64,000 bases of DNA from Bacteroidota bacterium (GCA_029974985.1 JARKQC010000203.1:458-64457), one strand, 5' to 3'. Shown: positions 7,517 through 18,690, counted from the first letter of the stretch. The notes: a model not told the origin generated them from the sequence alone. Translations and numbers: made by a program.

Positions 7517-9571
7517 ATGACTCGTCAAGTAGATATATCGAAATACCGCAATATAGGCATTATGGCTCATATTGATGCTGGAAAAACAACCACAACAGAA
7601 AAAATCTTGTTTTTTTCTGGCTATCTTCATAAAATGGGCGCTGTTGATGACGGCACTGCATTTATGGATTTTATGGAGCAGGAAAAAGAGCGAGGTATAA
7701 CGATAATGTCAGCGGCAACAACATTAATGTGGAAGGAACATCAAATTAATTTGATTGATACCCCAGGTCATGTTGATTTTACCGCAGAAGTGCAAAGATC
7801 ACTTCGAATTCTTGATGGAGCTATCGCATTGTTTTGCGGAGTGGGAGGCGTCGAGCCACAGTCTGAAACAGTTTGGCATCAAGCAGACCAATATCATGTT
7901 CCTCGTATTGCATTTGTCAATAAAATGGATAGAATCGGTGCTGATTTCGATAGAGTTCTTAATATGATGAGAACACGATTAAATGCTAAACCCGTAGCTG
8001 TGCAATTTCCGATGGGCGCTGAAGACAGATTCGAAGGCGTGGTGGACTTAGTTAAAATGAAATCCTTACGCTTTGATATCGAAACACTCGGCTTGGAATA
8101 CACTGAATCAGATATACCTCAGCAATATTTAAAAATGGCAGAGGAGTATCGCACATATTTGCTTGAATCACTTGCAGATATAGACGATAATATATTAGAG
8201 AAGTTCCTTGCTGGAAATGATATAAGCGAATCTGAAATTAAAGCAACCTTGAGAAAAGGAACTATTGAACAAAAATTTGTTCCCGTCCTTTGTGGTTCAT
8301 CACTAAAAAATACGGGGGTACAACCCTTAATAAATGCAGTGATTGACTATTTACCTTCTCCACTCGAAGTAGTCTATTTGCCCGGTTTTGATATTAAAGA
8401 TAGTGAAAAACAAATTACTCGTCTTCCTAAAGATGAGGAACCGTTTTCATCACTTGCTTTTAAATTAATAACAGACCCGTTTATTGGTAAACTTACATTT
8501 ATTAGAATTTATTCTGGCACATTGAAAGTTGGACAAACAGTCCAAAATACAAGTGCCGATAAAAAAGAAAAAATTTTAAAAATAATGAAAATTTATGCAA
8601 GTAAACGAGAAGAAGTTCAAGAAGCATTTGCAGGAGATATAATAGCAATTCCCGGACTAAAATTTACTCGTACTGGCGATACACTATGCGATATAAATAA
8701 TTTATTACTTTATGAAAAAATAAATTTTACTGAACCAGTTATCAATCAAGCAATAGAAGCAAAAACTATTGCCGACCAAGATAAATTAATTGATGCTCTT
8801 CAAAAAATTTCTGATGAAGATCCGTCATTTAGATTTAGTAATGATAATGAAAGCGGGCAAATTATTATAAGTGGAGTTGGTGAATTACATCTCGAAATTA
8901 TTGTTGACCGTCTTAATCGTGAATTTAGAGTTCCTTCAAAAGTTGGTAAGCCCCAAGTTTCATATAGAGAAACAGTTAGTTCCGTAGTTATTGAAGAAAA
9001 TACTTTCGAAAGACAATTGGCAAATAAGAATCAATATGGAAATGTTAAAATTGAGTTATTGCCCACAGAAAGAAATGAAGGAATGATAGTTGAGAATTTG
9101 ATAGATAAAACAAAAATCCCGGAAATTTTTGTTAAAGCCTTGGAGCAAGGAGTTCGCGAGGCTCTAAATATCGGTCCAAATGGTTACCCAATGATTGATG
9201 TAAAAGTCAGAATACTTGAAACAAATTATCTTGCAGATACTACGACAGAGATTGCATGTAAGATTGCGGCTTCAACAGCGGTTAAGGACGCCTGTCGAAA
9301 GGCAAATCCAATACTGCTTGAACCAGTATGCAAAGTAGAGATTACATTGCCAGATGAATATGTCGGTGATGTAATTGCAGACATTAACTCAAGAAGAGGG
9401 CGAGTAGAAGATATAGAAAGTGTACTTTCTATGAAAGTGATAAAAGCACAAGTACCTCTATCCGAATTGTTTGGATATGTAACTCAATTACGTAGTAAAA
9501 GTCAAGGAAGAGCAGCGTTTACGATGACATTTTCTCATTATGAACCTGCAGTTATAAAAAGTTTTTATTAG
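7517..9571 (+). CDS. fusA: Elongation factor G (divergent), 684 aa
   Basis: G1 AHIDAGKTT, switch I RGITI, G3 DTPGH and G4 NKMD are present, with full EF-G domain order and the str-operon position. The domain IV loops are non-canonical (see finding). Confidence 0.9.
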   Translation: MTRQVDISKYRNIGIMAHIDAGKTTTTEKILFFSGYLHKMGAVDDGTAFMDFMEQEKERGITIMSAATTLMWKEHQINLIDTPGHVDFTAEVQRSLRILDGAIALFCGVGGVEPQSETVWHQADQYHVPRIAFVNKMDRIGADFDRVLNMMRTRLNAKPVAVQFPMGAEDRFEGVVDLVKMKSLRFDIETLGLEYTESDIPQQYLKMAEEYRTYLLESLADIDDNILEKFLAGNDISESEIKATLRKGTIEQKFVPVLCGSSLKNTGVQPLINAVIDYLPSPLEVVYLPGFDIKDSEKQITRLPKDEEPFSSLAFKLITDPFIGKLTFIRIYSGTLKVGQTVQNTSADKKEKILKIMKIYASKREEVQEAFAGDIIAIPGLKFTRTGDTLCDINNLLLYEKINFTEPVINQAIEAKTIADQDKLIDALQKISDEDPSFRFSNDNESGQIIISGVGELHLEIIVDRLNREFRVPSKVGKPQVSYRETVSSVVIEENTFERQLANKNQYGNVKIELLPTERNEGMIVENLIDKTKIPEIFVKALEQGVREALNIGPNGYPMIDVKVRILETNYLADTTTEIACKIAASTAVKDACRKANPILLEPVCKVEITLPDEYVGDVIADINSRRGRVEDIESVLSMKVIKAQVPLSELFGYVTQLRSKSQGRAAFTMTFSHYEPAVIKSFY

Positions 9572-9630
9572 AAAATTATTAATTTTATTTATTATATAGT
9601 ACTCTATATTAATTTAGGAGCAATGTACTA

Positions 9631-10836
9631 ATGGCTAAAGAAAAATTTGATCGCAGTAAGCCGCACGTGAACGTTGGTACAATAGGTCACGTGGATCATG
9701 GTAAAACTACATTGACCGCCGCTATAACAATGGCATTGGCGAAAAAAACTGGTGGAGAAAAAAGATCATTTGACTCTATTGATAATGCACCAGAAGAAAA
9801 AGCACGTGGAATAACAATTGCTACTTCACACGTTGAATACCAAACTGATAATCGTCACTATGCACACGTTGACTGTCCAGGTCACGCAGACTATGTAAAG
9901 AATATGATTACAGGTGCTGCACAAATGGACGGTGCAATATTAGTGTGTGCCGCAACTGATGGACCTATGCCTCAGACACGCGAACATATCCTTTTAGCAC
10001 GTCAAGTAGGTGTTCCTAGAATAGTTGTATTTATGAATAAAGTTGATATTGCTGACCCAGATTTATTAGAATTAGTAGAAATGGAATTAAGAGAATTATT
10101 ATCTTCTTATCAATTCCCTGGCGATGAAATTCCAATTATCCCCGGTTCTGCTTTAAACGCTTTAGATGCTGGTGCAGCTGACGCTCCACTTGATGATCCA
10201 AGATTTCAATGTATTTGGAATCTTATGGACGCTGTAGATAATTATATCCCAACTCCAATGCGCGAAGTAGATAAACCATTCTTAATGCCAGTAGAAGACG
10301 TATTTTCAATCACTGGACGTGGTACAGTAGGAACAGGTAGAATTGAACGTGGTATAGTAAAAGTAAACGAAGAAGTTGAAATAGTTGGTTTCGGTCTTCA
10401 GAAGAAAACAACTTGTACTGGCGTAGAAATGTTCCGTAAACTTCTTGATGAAGGTCGTGCAGGCGATAACGTTGGTTTGTTATTACGTGGCGTTGATAAA
10501 AATGAATTAGAACGCGGTATGGTTATTGCTAAACCTGGTTCAATAAAACCACATTATAAGTTTTCAGCTCAGGTTTACGTATTGAAAAAAGAAGAAGGTG
10601 GACGTCATACACCGTTTTTTAATGGATACCGTCCACAGTTCTATTTTAGAACAACTGACGTTACTGGTTCGATGACATTACCAGCAGGCGTAGAAATGGT
10701 TATGCCTGGTGATAACCTTGACGAGATAGAAATCGAACTTATTACACCCGTAGCTATGGAAGATGGATTAAGATTCGCTATCCGTGAAGGCGGTAGAACA
10801 GTAGGTGCTGGTGTAGTTGTATCAGTTATTGCATAA
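9631..10836 (+). CDS. tuf: Elongation factor Tu
   Basis: [35 protein letters not shown]; 401 aa. Confidence 0.98.
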   Translation: MAKEKFDRSKPHVNVGTIGHVDHGKTTLTAAITMALAKKTGGEKRSFDSIDNAPEEKARGITIATSHVEYQTDNRHYAHVDCPGHADYVKNMITGAAQMDGAILVCAATDGPMPQTREHILLARQVGVPRIVVFMNKVDIADPDLLELVEMELRELLSSYQFPGDEIPIIPGSALNALDAGAADAPLDDPRFQCIWNLMDAVDNYIPTPMREVDKPFLMPVEDVFSITGRGTVGTGRIERGIVKVNEEVEIVGFGLQKKTTCTGVEMFRKLLDEGRAGDNVGLLLRGVDKNELERGMVIAKPGSIKPHYKFSAQVYVLKKEEGGRHTPFFNGYRPQFYFRTTDVTGSMTLPAGVEMVMPGDNLDEIEIELITPVAMEDGLRFAIREGGRTVGAGVVVSVIA

Positions 10837-10869
10837 AACAGAGATCGGATAAATCTCAAGGAAATTAAA

Positions 10870-11178
10870 GTGTCAACACAAAGAATTAGAATAAAATTAA
10901 AATCATACGACCATAATCTTATTGATAAGTCTTCAGAAAAGATTGTTAGGACTGTAAAGCAAACCGGTGCTGTTGTATCAGGACCGGTTCCTTTACCAAC
11001 ACGCCGCTCGGTTTATACTGTAAATCGTTCGCCACACGTTGATAAAAAGTCCCGTGAACAATTTGAGACAAGAGTTCATAAAAGATTAATAGACATTTTT
11101 AGTTCAACACAAAAGACAATTGATGCTCTTATGCGACTAGAATTGCCAGCAGGTATTGATGTCGAAGTGAAAGTGTGA
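10870..11178 (+). CDS. rpsJ: 30S ribosomal protein S10
   Basis: GTG start; [16 protein letters not shown]...[13 protein letters not shown]. Confidence 0.96.
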   Translation: MSTQRIRIKLKSYDHNLIDKSSEKIVRTVKQTGAVVSGPVPLPTRRSVYTVNRSPHVDKKSREQFETRVHKRLIDIFSSTQKTIDALMRLELPAGIDVEVKV

Positions 11179-11196
11179 TAAAGGAGAGTTAACTAT

Positions 11197-11820
11197 ATGA
11201 AATCTGCTATATTAGGAAAAAAAGTTGGAATGACAACAATGTATGACTCGCAAGGCGTAGCAGTACCTTGTACTGTTATCGAAGCTGGTCCTTGTCCAGT
11301 TGTTAATATCAAAACTTTAGAAAAAGATGGTTATAGTGCTATCCAACTCGGATTTGGTTCTATAAAAATTAATAGAGTCAATAAGCCACTTGCTGGGCAA
11401 TTTAAAAAAGCTGGCGTAGAACCCGTTAAACATCTAAAAGAATTTAGAGACCTTTCAAAAGATTATGAGATTGGTAATCAAATAACAGTCGAGGAATTTA
11501 ATTCTGGCGATAAAGTTAAAGTAAGTAGTAATAGTAAAGGTCGAGGATTCCAAGGTGTTGTAAAACGCCATCATTTTGGTGGAGTCGGTATGAGAACACA
11601 CGGTCAGAGCGATCGCCAAAGACATCCCGGTTCAATAGGTGCATCATCATATCCATCAAGAGTATTTAAAGGTATAAGAATGGCTGGACGTATGGGCGGA
11701 AAGCGTACCTCTATTAGAAATATTGAGATATTTGAAATTATACCAGAAAGAAACTTGATATTATTAAAAGGTAGTGTACCTGGACATAAGAATACTTTGT
11801 TGGAAATTATAAAGTTATAG
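11197..11820 (+). CDS. rplC: 50S ribosomal protein L3
   Basis: GKKVGMTTMYD..., GFQGVVKRHHFGG; conserved S10-operon order. Confidence 0.96.
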   Translation: MKSAILGKKVGMTTMYDSQGVAVPCTVIEAGPCPVVNIKTLEKDGYSAIQLGFGSIKINRVNKPLAGQFKKAGVEPVKHLKEFRDLSKDYEIGNQITVEEFNSGDKVKVSSNSKGRGFQGVVKRHHFGGVGMRTHGQSDRQRHPGSIGASSYPSRVFKGIRMAGRMGGKRTSIRNIEIFEIIPERNLILLKGSVPGHKNTLLEIIKL

Positions 11821-11828
11821 GCAAGAAT

Positions 11829-12455
11829 ATGCAAATAGATTTATTTTCAAAAGAAGGCTCCGTAATTGGCAAAGTTGATTTACCTGAAGATATATTCGGT
11901 ATTGAGCCAAATGAACATGCTATGCATCAAGCAGTAGTTGCTTATTTGGCACATCAGAGACAAGGTACAGCAAAAACTAAAATTCGCTCCGAAGTCTCAG
12001 GTGGAGGTAAAAAACCTTGGAAGCAAAAAGGTAGAGGTACTGCAAGAGCTGGTTCTACACGTTCGCCATTATGGTCTGGTGGTGGAACTATACACGGTCC
12101 AAAACCACACGAATATGTATATAAACTACCCAAAAAGGTAAGTCGCCTTGCACGCAAATCTGCATATTCTCAAAGATTATTAGAAGAGAATTTAGTTGTA
12201 GTAGAAGACTTTTCTTTTGATACAATTAAAACAAAACAGATGGCAAGTGTATTAAAAAATTTAGCATTGAAAGATTACAAAACTTTGATTTTATTAAGTG
12301 ATACTGATAATAAAATCTATATGTCTGGAAGAAATATTCCAAATGTAACTATTCAACCAGCAGATAAAATATCAACTTATGATATTTTAAATCATAGAAA
12401 AATATTGCTTTTGAAAGGCGCTATTGAAAAAATACAAAATACATTTGGTAATTAA
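11829..12455 (+). CDS. rplD: 50S ribosomal protein L4
   Basis: GGGKKPWKQKGRGTARAGSTRSPLWSGGG motif. Confidence 0.96.
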   Translation: MQIDLFSKEGSVIGKVDLPEDIFGIEPNEHAMHQAVVAYLAHQRQGTAKTKIRSEVSGGGKKPWKQKGRGTARAGSTRSPLWSGGGTIHGPKPHEYVYKLPKKVSRLARKSAYSQRLLEENLVVVEDFSFDTIKTKQMASVLKNLALKDYKTLILLSDTDNKIYMSGRNIPNVTIQPADKISTYDILNHRKILLLKGAIEKIQNTFGN

Positions 12456-12470
12456 GACGGTAATGTTAAA

Positions 12471-12776
12471 ATGAATCAAATTATAAAAAAACCGATTATA
12501 ACAGAAAAAGCAATGAATTTGTCATCTCAAAGACAATATGTTTTTGAAGTACAAGATAATGCTAATAAAATTGAAATCAAACGCGCTGTTCAAGAAATGT
12601 TTGATGTTGATGTTACAAGCGTAAGAACTGTTAGAGTTAAAGGAAAAAATAAAATCCGTATGACTCGCCGTGGATTAATGCGCGGTAAAACAGCTTTGAA
12701 GAAAAAAGCTTATGTAACACTGAAAGAAGGACAGCAAATTGAGATAGTATCAAGTGTTGGTAGCGACACAGAATAA
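12471..12776 (+). CDS. rplW: 50S ribosomal protein L23
   Basis: IIKKPIITEKAM...YVFEV...ANKIEIKRAVQEMFDVDV; position between rplD and rplB. Confidence 0.95.
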   Translation: MNQIIKKPIITEKAMNLSSQRQYVFEVQDNANKIEIKRAVQEMFDVDVTSVRTVRVKGKNKIRMTRRGLMRGKTALKKKAYVTLKEGQQIEIVSSVGSDTE

Positions 12777-12810
12777 ATTTATTATCAATTTTGAATAAGT
12801 TTTATAAAAA

Positions 12811-13647
12811 ATGGCAATTAGAACACTAAAACCGATTACACCAGGAACAAGGTTTTACTCTGTAAGCGAATTTGATGAAATTACTACGGATAAACCCTAT
12901 AAAAAACTTACTGCACCTTTGAAAAAAAGTGGTGGTAGAAATAATACCGGTAAAATTACATCTCGTCATAGAGGTGGCGGGCATAAAAGACGCTATAGAA
13001 TTATAGATTTTAAGAGAAATAAGCACGGAATACCAGCTACTATTAAAACTATTGAATATGATCCAAATAGAAATGCAAGAATAGCTTTAGTAGAGTATCA
13101 AGATGGAGAATTTAGATATATTTTAGCACCTGCAAAAATCAAAGTTGGTAATGTTATTGTTTCAGGACCTGACGTAGAATTTAAAGATGGTAATGCTTTA
13201 CCACTTAAAAAAATTCCTGTAGGATTGTTTATTCATAATGTTGAATTAAAACCAGGTAAAGGCGGACAGCTTGCACGCTCTGCTGGTTCGGCTGTTCAAT
13301 TAGTTGCTAACGAAGGTAAATATTCTCATCTTAAATTACCATCTGGTGAAATAAGATTAGTTCCAAATAATTGTTATGCTACTCTTGGTACAGTAAGTAA
13401 TGCAGATTATGAAAATATATTCTGGGGTAAAGCAGGGCGTTTGCGTTGGTTTGGAATAAGACCACAAACACGTGGTATGGCAATGAACCCAATTGATCAC
13501 CCAATGGGCGGTGGCGAAGGAGCCTCAAAGAGTGGTGGTGGTCGTCAGCATCCAAGAACACCTTGGGGTAAATACACTAAGGGTCTTAAGACAAGAAAAA
13601 GTAAATCATCTGATAATTTAATAATTAGAAATAGAAAGTCAAAATAG
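12811..13647 (+). CDS. rplB: 50S ribosomal protein L2
   Basis: [31 protein letters not shown]. Confidence 0.97.
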   Translation: MAIRTLKPITPGTRFYSVSEFDEITTDKPYKKLTAPLKKSGGRNNTGKITSRHRGGGHKRRYRIIDFKRNKHGIPATIKTIEYDPNRNARIALVEYQDGEFRYILAPAKIKVGNVIVSGPDVEFKDGNALPLKKIPVGLFIHNVELKPGKGGQLARSAGSAVQLVANEGKYSHLKLPSGEIRLVPNNCYATLGTVSNADYENIFWGKAGRLRWFGIRPQTRGMAMNPIDHPMGGGEGASKSGGGRQHPRTPWGKYTKGLKTRKSKSSDNLIIRNRKSK

Positions 13648-13665
13648 TCAAGGAAAATAAATAGA

Positions 13666-13953
13666 ATGTCGCGTTCGCTAAAAAAAGGCATCTTTGTCAA
13701 TTTTAAACTTTTAAGAAAAGTAGAAGCACTTAATGAAACAAAGAAAAAACAAGTAGTAAAAACTTGGGCACGTGCTTGTACAATAACCCCTGAATTTGTT
13801 GGGCATACAGTTGCAGTTCATAATGGTAAAAATTTTATTCCAGTATATGTAACCGAAAATATGGTCGGTCATAAACTTGGTGAGTTTGCACCTACAAGAA
13901 TCTACAGAGGTCATGCTGGTCATAGAAAAGAACAACGTTCAGCTAAAAAGTGA
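13666..13953 (+). CDS. rpsS: 30S ribosomal protein S19
   Basis: [33 protein letters not shown]. Confidence 0.97.
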   Translation: MSRSLKKGIFVNFKLLRKVEALNETKKKQVVKTWARACTITPEFVGHTVAVHNGKNFIPVYVTENMVGHKLGEFAPTRIYRGHAGHRKEQRSAKK

Positions 13954-13976
13954 TAATTAGGGAGAAGATATAAAAA

Positions 13977-14369
13977 ATGGAAGCTAAAGCTTTAAAAAGA
14001 TATATACCATCATCACCATTGAAAATGAGATTAGTCATTGATTTGATACGTGGTAAAAATGCTGCAGAAGCCTTAAATATATTAAGATTTTCGCCAAAAA
14101 GTGCTGCAAAAGTAGCTGAACAAACATTAAGGTCAGCAATAGCTAATTTGAATTTAAAAGCTGAACAAAATGATACTTCGATAAATGAAGAAGAAGTTTA
14201 TGTAAAAAGTGCTTTTGTAAACGGCGGACCTGCAGCTAAAAGAATATTACCTGCTCCAATGGGAAGAGCCTATAGAATTAAAAAACGTTCTAATCATTTA
14301 ACTATTATAGTTGCAACACCCGAAGAGGATGCTGCTGTTTTGACAAACGAAAATTCTATTAAGGAGTAA
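13977..14369 (+). CDS. rplV: 50S ribosomal protein L22
   Basis: SPLKMRLVIDLIRGKNAAEALNILRF...; operon position. Confidence 0.95.
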   Translation: MEAKALKRYIPSSPLKMRLVIDLIRGKNAAEALNILRFSPKSAAKVAEQTLRSAIANLNLKAEQNDTSINEEEVYVKSAFVNGGPAAKRILPAPMGRAYRIKKRSNHLTIIVATPEEDAAVLTNENSIKE

Positions 14370-14373
14370 TACG

Positions 14374-15009
14374 GTGGGACAAAAAACTAATCCGATAGGT
14401 TTAAGATTAGGTATAAATCGCAGTTGGGATGCTAATTGGTTCGATGAAAGAAATGTGTCAGAAAAATTAGCAGAAGATTTTAAAGTTAGAAATTATATAA
14501 GAAATCGTAAGAAAAAAGCTGGTATAGCAAGAATTCTTATTGAAAGAACAGCCAAACAAATGAGAATAACAATAAATACATCAAGACCCGGTGTTATTAT
14601 TGGACGCTCAGGTAAAGATATTACTCAACTTGAAGAAGAATTAAAAAAAGTAACTGGAAAAGATGTTAAAATTCTAATAAGTGAAATTAAACGTCCAGAG
14701 ATAGACGCTTTACTTGTTGCTGATAATATAGCTCAACAATTAGAAGGAAGAATATCATTCCGTCGAGCAATGAAACAAGCTGTATCATCAACTATGAGAA
14801 TGGGCGCACAAGGTATTAGAATTATGTGTTCTGGCCGACTTGGCGGTGCTGAAATGGCTAGAACTGAACAATATAAAGAAGGTAGAATTCCACTACATAC
14901 TCTAAGAGCTGATATAGATTACGGAACCGCCGAAGCACTTACAATCTATGGTATCATAGGTATCAAAGTTTGGATTTGTAGAGGTGAAGTAATTGGTAAG
15001 CAACAGTAA
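14374..15009 (+). CDS. rpsC: 30S ribosomal protein S3
   Basis: GTG start; GQKTNPIGLRLGINRSWD, SGRLGGAEMARTE. Confidence 0.97.
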   Translation: MGQKTNPIGLRLGINRSWDANWFDERNVSEKLAEDFKVRNYIRNRKKKAGIARILIERTAKQMRITINTSRPGVIIGRSGKDITQLEEELKKVTGKDVKILISEIKRPEIDALLVADNIAQQLEGRISFRRAMKQAVSSTMRMGAQGIRIMCSGRLGGAEMARTEQYKEGRIPLHTLRADIDYGTAEALTIYGIIGIKVWICRGEVIGKQQ

Positions 15010-15040
15010 ATTATAAGAAAAAAGTAAACGGAAATTATTT

Positions 15041-15472
15041 ATGTTATCACCTAAAAGAGTTAAAAGACGCAAAACGTTTCGCGGCAGAATGACTGGTAAA
15101 GCATTCAGAGGTTCGACTATATCATTTGGTTCTTATGGACTAAAAGCACTCGAACCACATTGGATTACTAATAGACAAATAGAAGCCGCACGTATTGCCA
15201 TTAACAGATATCTCAAACGCGACGGTAAAGTTTGGATAAGAATATTCCCTGATAAACCTTATACAAAGAAACCACTTGAAACTCGTATGGGTAAAGGTAA
15301 AGGTAGTCCAGAAGGTTGGGTAGCTGTAATTAGACCAGGAAGAATACTTTTTGAAGTAGATGGAGTATCTAAGGAAGCTGCAGCAGAAGCATTAAGACTT
15401 GCTTCTCACAAATTACCAATAAAAACAAAATTTGTATCACGTATTGATTTGGTTTACAATGAAACCACGTAA
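15041..15472 (+). CDS. rplP: 50S ribosomal protein L16
   Basis: [11 protein letters not shown]..., [24 protein letters not shown]. Confidence 0.97.
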   Translation: MLSPKRVKRRKTFRGRMTGKAFRGSTISFGSYGLKALEPHWITNRQIEAARIAINRYLKRDGKVWIRIFPDKPYTKKPLETRMGKGKGSPEGWVAVIRPGRILFEVDGVSKEAAAEALRLASHKLPIKTKFVSRIDLVYNETT

Positions 15473-15671
15473 AGCTCAAGACCTAAGAGAATTGAATGAC
15501 GAAGAATTAAATCTGTTATATAAAGAATCAATTGAAACTTTATCAAAACAGTCGTTTCAACATGCCTTAAAGCAATTGCATGATACATCTTATCTTAAGA
15601 TACTTAAACAAGATGTTGCGAGAATAAATACCATTTTAAATGAACGTTTAAGAGCAAAGCAAAATGGATAA
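15459..15671 (+). CDS. rpmC: 50S ribosomal protein L29
   Basis: I moved the start to the internal ATG ([20 protein letters not shown]...), which fits the L29 N-terminus. It overlaps the end of rplP by 14 nt. Confidence 0.9.
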   Translation: MKPRKAQDLRELNDEELNLLYKESIETLSKQSFQHALKQLHDTSYLKILKQDVARINTILNERLRAKQNG

Positions 15672-15978
15672 TAATATTGAAATATCAAATAATGCTGAAA
15701 TAATGACAAATATTGAAAATAATACTCAAAAAGTTAATAAAAGATATTTGACTGGTAAAGTTATTTCAAACAAAGCAGATAAAACAATTATTGTAGCTTC
15801 TGAAAGACAGGTTATGCACCCTCTTTATAAGAAGTATTTTAAAAGAACTAAACGAGTTATGGCTCACGATGAGAATAATCAATGTAATATTGGTGATACA
15901 GTCAAAATTATTGAGTCGAGACCATTAAGTGCAAGAAAGCGCTGGAATTTGGTTGAAATAATTGTTCGAGCCAAATAA
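15664..15978 (+). CDS. rpsQ: 30S ribosomal protein S17
   Basis: LTGKVISNKADKTIIVASERQVMHPLYKKY...AHDENN..IGDTVKIIESRPLS. The start could instead be the in-frame ATG at 15703. Confidence 0.93.
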   Translation: MDNNIEISNNAEIMTNIENNTQKVNKRYLTGKVISNKADKTIIVASERQVMHPLYKKYFKRTKRVMAHDENNQCNIGDTVKIIESRPLSARKRWNLVEIIVRAK

Positions 15979-15998
15979 TCAATTAGGAGAAAATTAAA

Positions 15999-16367
15999 AT
16001 GGTAAGAGAAGAAGCGAATTTAACGGTAGCAGATAACTCTGGTGCTAAAAGAGTAAGGATAATAAGAGTATTAGGTGGACATGGCAAAAAATATGCTTCA
16101 TTAGGAGATATTGTTGTTGTAGCTGTTAAATCCGCAATACCAAATGGTACTGTTAAAAAAGGTCAAGTATGTAAAGCTGTAATCGTAAGAACAGCAAAAG
16201 AAATCGGTAGAAGAGATGGCTCTTATATTAGATTTGATGATAACGCCGCCGTTATCTTAAATGATAAAGGCGAACCGAGAGGAACACGTATTTTTGGACC
16301 TGTTGCTCGTGAATTGCGTGAAAAAAATTATATGAAAATTGTTTCGCTAGCTCCAGAAGTAATTTAA
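15999..16367 (+). CDS. rplN: 50S ribosomal protein L14
   Basis: [18 protein letters not shown]..., [12 protein letters not shown]. Confidence 0.97.
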   Translation: MVREEANLTVADNSGAKRVRIIRVLGGHGKKYASLGDIVVVAVKSAIPNGTVKKGQVCKAVIVRTAKEIGRRDGSYIRFDDNAAVILNDKGEPRGTRIFGPVARELREKNYMKIVSLAPEVI

Positions 16368-16377
16368 GGAATAAATA

Positions 16378-16698
16378 ATGAAATTTAAGATTAAAAAGAA
16401 TGATATCGTTCAAGTTTTGTCTGGAGACGATAAAGGTAAAACAGGAAGAGTATTACTTGTTGATTATAAAAAAATGAAAGTTTTGGTCGAAGGTGTAAAT
16501 ATGCATATTAAACACCAAAAACCAAGTCAAAATAATCAAGAAGGCGGAAGAATAAATAAAGAATTTCCTATTCATTATTCTAATGTATTAGTCTTGGATT
16601 CAGATAAAAAAGCAACAAGAGTTGGTTTTAGAAAAGAAACAAAGGGTTCTAAAACAATAACTGTTAGAGTATCAAAAAATAATAACAAAGTAATTTAA
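16378..16698 (+). CDS. rplX: 50S ribosomal protein L24
   Basis: KOW motif: KKNDIVQVLSGDDKGKTGRVL. Confidence 0.95.
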   Translation: MKFKIKKNDIVQVLSGDDKGKTGRVLLVDYKKMKVLVEGVNMHIKHQKPSQNNQEGGRINKEFPIHYSNVLVLDSDKKATRVGFRKETKGSKTITVRVSKNNNKVI

Positions 16699-16721
16699 TA
16701 TTTATTAAGTGATAATTTAAA

Positions 16722-17378
16722 ATGGCTAAGCAGAAAGTACAACAACCTACAGGTAAGGCAGGTTCGAAAAAAGGTGAATTCGCCCCGGAAGGTAAAAGGC
16801 TCGAAGACGTTAAACAAACAGGACCTTTACCTTACCCGAGACTTGCTGAATATTATAAAAGTACTGTTGTGCCTGCACTAATGAAAAAATATGAATATAA
16901 ATCAATAATGCAGGTGCCAAAACTTCAAAAAATTTGCTTAAATATGGGAGTAGGTATTGCTACCCAAGATTTAAAGACATTGCAAAGTGCAATTAATGAA
17001 TTAGAATTGATATCAGGGCAAAGACCAGTAGTTAGAAAAGCTAAAAAAGCAATATCGAATTTCAAATTACGTCAAGGTATGCCTATCGGATGTATGGTTA
17101 CTCTTCGTGGCGCACGTATGTATGAATTTCTTGATAGATTTATAAATATTGCGTCACCACGTATTAGAGACTTTCGTGGTTTCCCAGATAAAAGTTTTGA
17201 CGGTAGAGGAAATTATACAGTTGGTATAAAAGAGCAGATTATTTTTCCGGAAATTGATGTTGATAAAGTAAACAGAATAACCGGATTGGATATTACTTTT
17301 GTGATAAAATCTGAGTCTGACGATGAATCGTTTTCACTAATGTCAGAATTTGGATTCCCTTTCCGTAAAAAAAGTTAA
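16722..17378 (+). CDS. rplE: 50S ribosomal protein L5 (with an N-terminal extension of about 38 aa)
   Basis: The conserved L5 core starts at [40 protein letters not shown] found no in-frame ATG/GTG/TTG between the annotated start and the core. Confidence 0.93.
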   Translation: MAKQKVQQPTGKAGSKKGEFAPEGKRLEDVKQTGPLPYPRLAEYYKSTVVPALMKKYEYKSIMQVPKLQKICLNMGVGIATQDLKTLQSAINELELISGQRPVVRKAKKAISNFKLRQGMPIGCMVTLRGARMYEFLDRFINIASPRIRDFRGFPDKSFDGRGNYTVGIKEQIIFPEIDVDKVNRITGLDITFVIKSESDDESFSLMSEFGFPFRKKS

Positions 17379-17399
17379 ATTAAGTGGTAGATAACATTT

Positions 17400-17669
17400 A
17401 TGTCTAAAATATCAGTAGTAGCACGAAACGAAAAAAGAAAACGCTTAAATGCAAAATATGCAGAACAACGTGAATATTTAAAATCAATTGGTGATTACGA
17501 AGCTTTGCAAAAATTGCCACGTAATAGCGCACCAACAAGATTGAGAAGTCGCTGTACCCTAACAGGTAAAGGTAAAGGCGTGTACAAAAAATTTGGATTG
17601 TGCAGAAATGTTTTTCGTCAGATGGCGTTGGAGGGAAAAATCCCTGGCGTTCGTAAGGCAAGTTGGTAA
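17400..17669 (+). CDS. rpsN: 30S ribosomal protein S14 (long, non-zinc form)
   Basis: The C-terminus [41 protein letters not shown]; 89 aa. Confidence 0.95.
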   Translation: MSKISVVARNEKRKRLNAKYAEQREYLKSIGDYEALQKLPRNSAPTRLRSRCTLTGKGKGVYKKFGLCRNVFRQMALEGKIPGVRKASW

Positions 17670-17693
17670 ATAATTTAATATGGTAAACGAAAT

Positions 17694-18089
17694 ATGCCAG
17701 TAACAGATCAAATATCAGACTTTTTGACAAGGATTCGCAATGCCGGTAAGGCAGGGCATAAAACAGTTGATTCACCTTTATCTAATATTAGATTTCATAT
17801 AGCTGAAATCTTAAAAGATCAAGGATATATCACAGATGTTGAAAAAATTGATGAAGGACCTCAAGGTACTATAAGAGTAACTTTGAGATATTTCAAAAGA
17901 AAACCGGCGATAAAAAAGATTGTCAGGGTAAGTAAACCCGGAAGACGAGTTTACTCAACGGTTGAAGGATTGCCGCGTGTTTATAATGGCTTGGGTATTG
18001 CAATTATTTCAACATCGAAAGGTGTGATGACTGCTAAACAAGCTCGTAAATACAATATCGGCGGTGAAGTTTTATGTACAGTATGGTAA
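17694..18089 (+). CDS. rpsH: 30S ribosomal protein S8
   Basis: DQISDFLTRIRNA..., GIAIISTSKGVMT..AR...IGGEVLC.VW. Confidence 0.96.
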   Translation: MPVTDQISDFLTRIRNAGKAGHKTVDSPLSNIRFHIAEILKDQGYITDVEKIDEGPQGTIRVTLRYFKRKPAIKKIVRVSKPGRRVYSTVEGLPRVYNGLGIAIISTSKGVMTAKQARKYNIGGEVLCTVW

Positions 18090-18109
18090 TTTCTTAAAGG
18101 AGCCAAAAA

Positions 18110-18649
18110 GTGTCGAGAATTGGTAAAAAACCTATAACAGTTCCTGACAAGGTTAATGTCAGTTTTAATGAAGGACTAGTAGAAGCGTCAGGACCACTAG
18201 GAAAATTACAATATAAAGTGCCTGAATCCATTACTGTAAGTATGGAAAATAACACTATAACTTTTAGCCGTGCTAGTGAAGATAGACATATAAGAGCATT
18301 ACATGGATTATCAAGAGCCTTGATTGCAAATATTATTGAAGGCGTTTCTAAAGGATTTGAAAAAACACTTATTATTGAAGGTGTTGGTTTTAAAGCCGAA
18401 TTGAGAAATGGAAGATTATTAATGTTTTTAGGATTTTCACATCCTATATTAATAATACCACCTCAAGGTATTAGTTTTGAGGTACCTTCGGCTACTAATA
18501 TTAAAATTAAAGGTATTGATAAACAACTCGTTGGTATGATAGCTGCTAAAATACGACAAATGAGACCACCCGAACCGTATAAAGGTAAAGGCGTTCGTTA
18601 TCAAGGTGAGTATATTCGTCGTAAAGCCGGTAAAACTTCGGCTAAATAA
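18110..18649 (+). CDS. rplF: 50S ribosomal protein L6
   Basis: GTG start; SRIGKKPITVPDKV..., PEPYKGKGVRY. Confidence 0.96.
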   Translation: MSRIGKKPITVPDKVNVSFNEGLVEASGPLGKLQYKVPESITVSMENNTITFSRASEDRHIRALHGLSRALIANIIEGVSKGFEKTLIIEGVGFKAELRNGRLLMFLGFSHPILIIPPQGISFEVPSATNIKIKGIDKQLVGMIAAKIRQMRPPEPYKGKGVRYQGEYIRRKAGKTSAK

Positions 18650-18690
18650 TTTTTAAACTATAATAGCAGAAAAGATTAGAGAGATAAATA

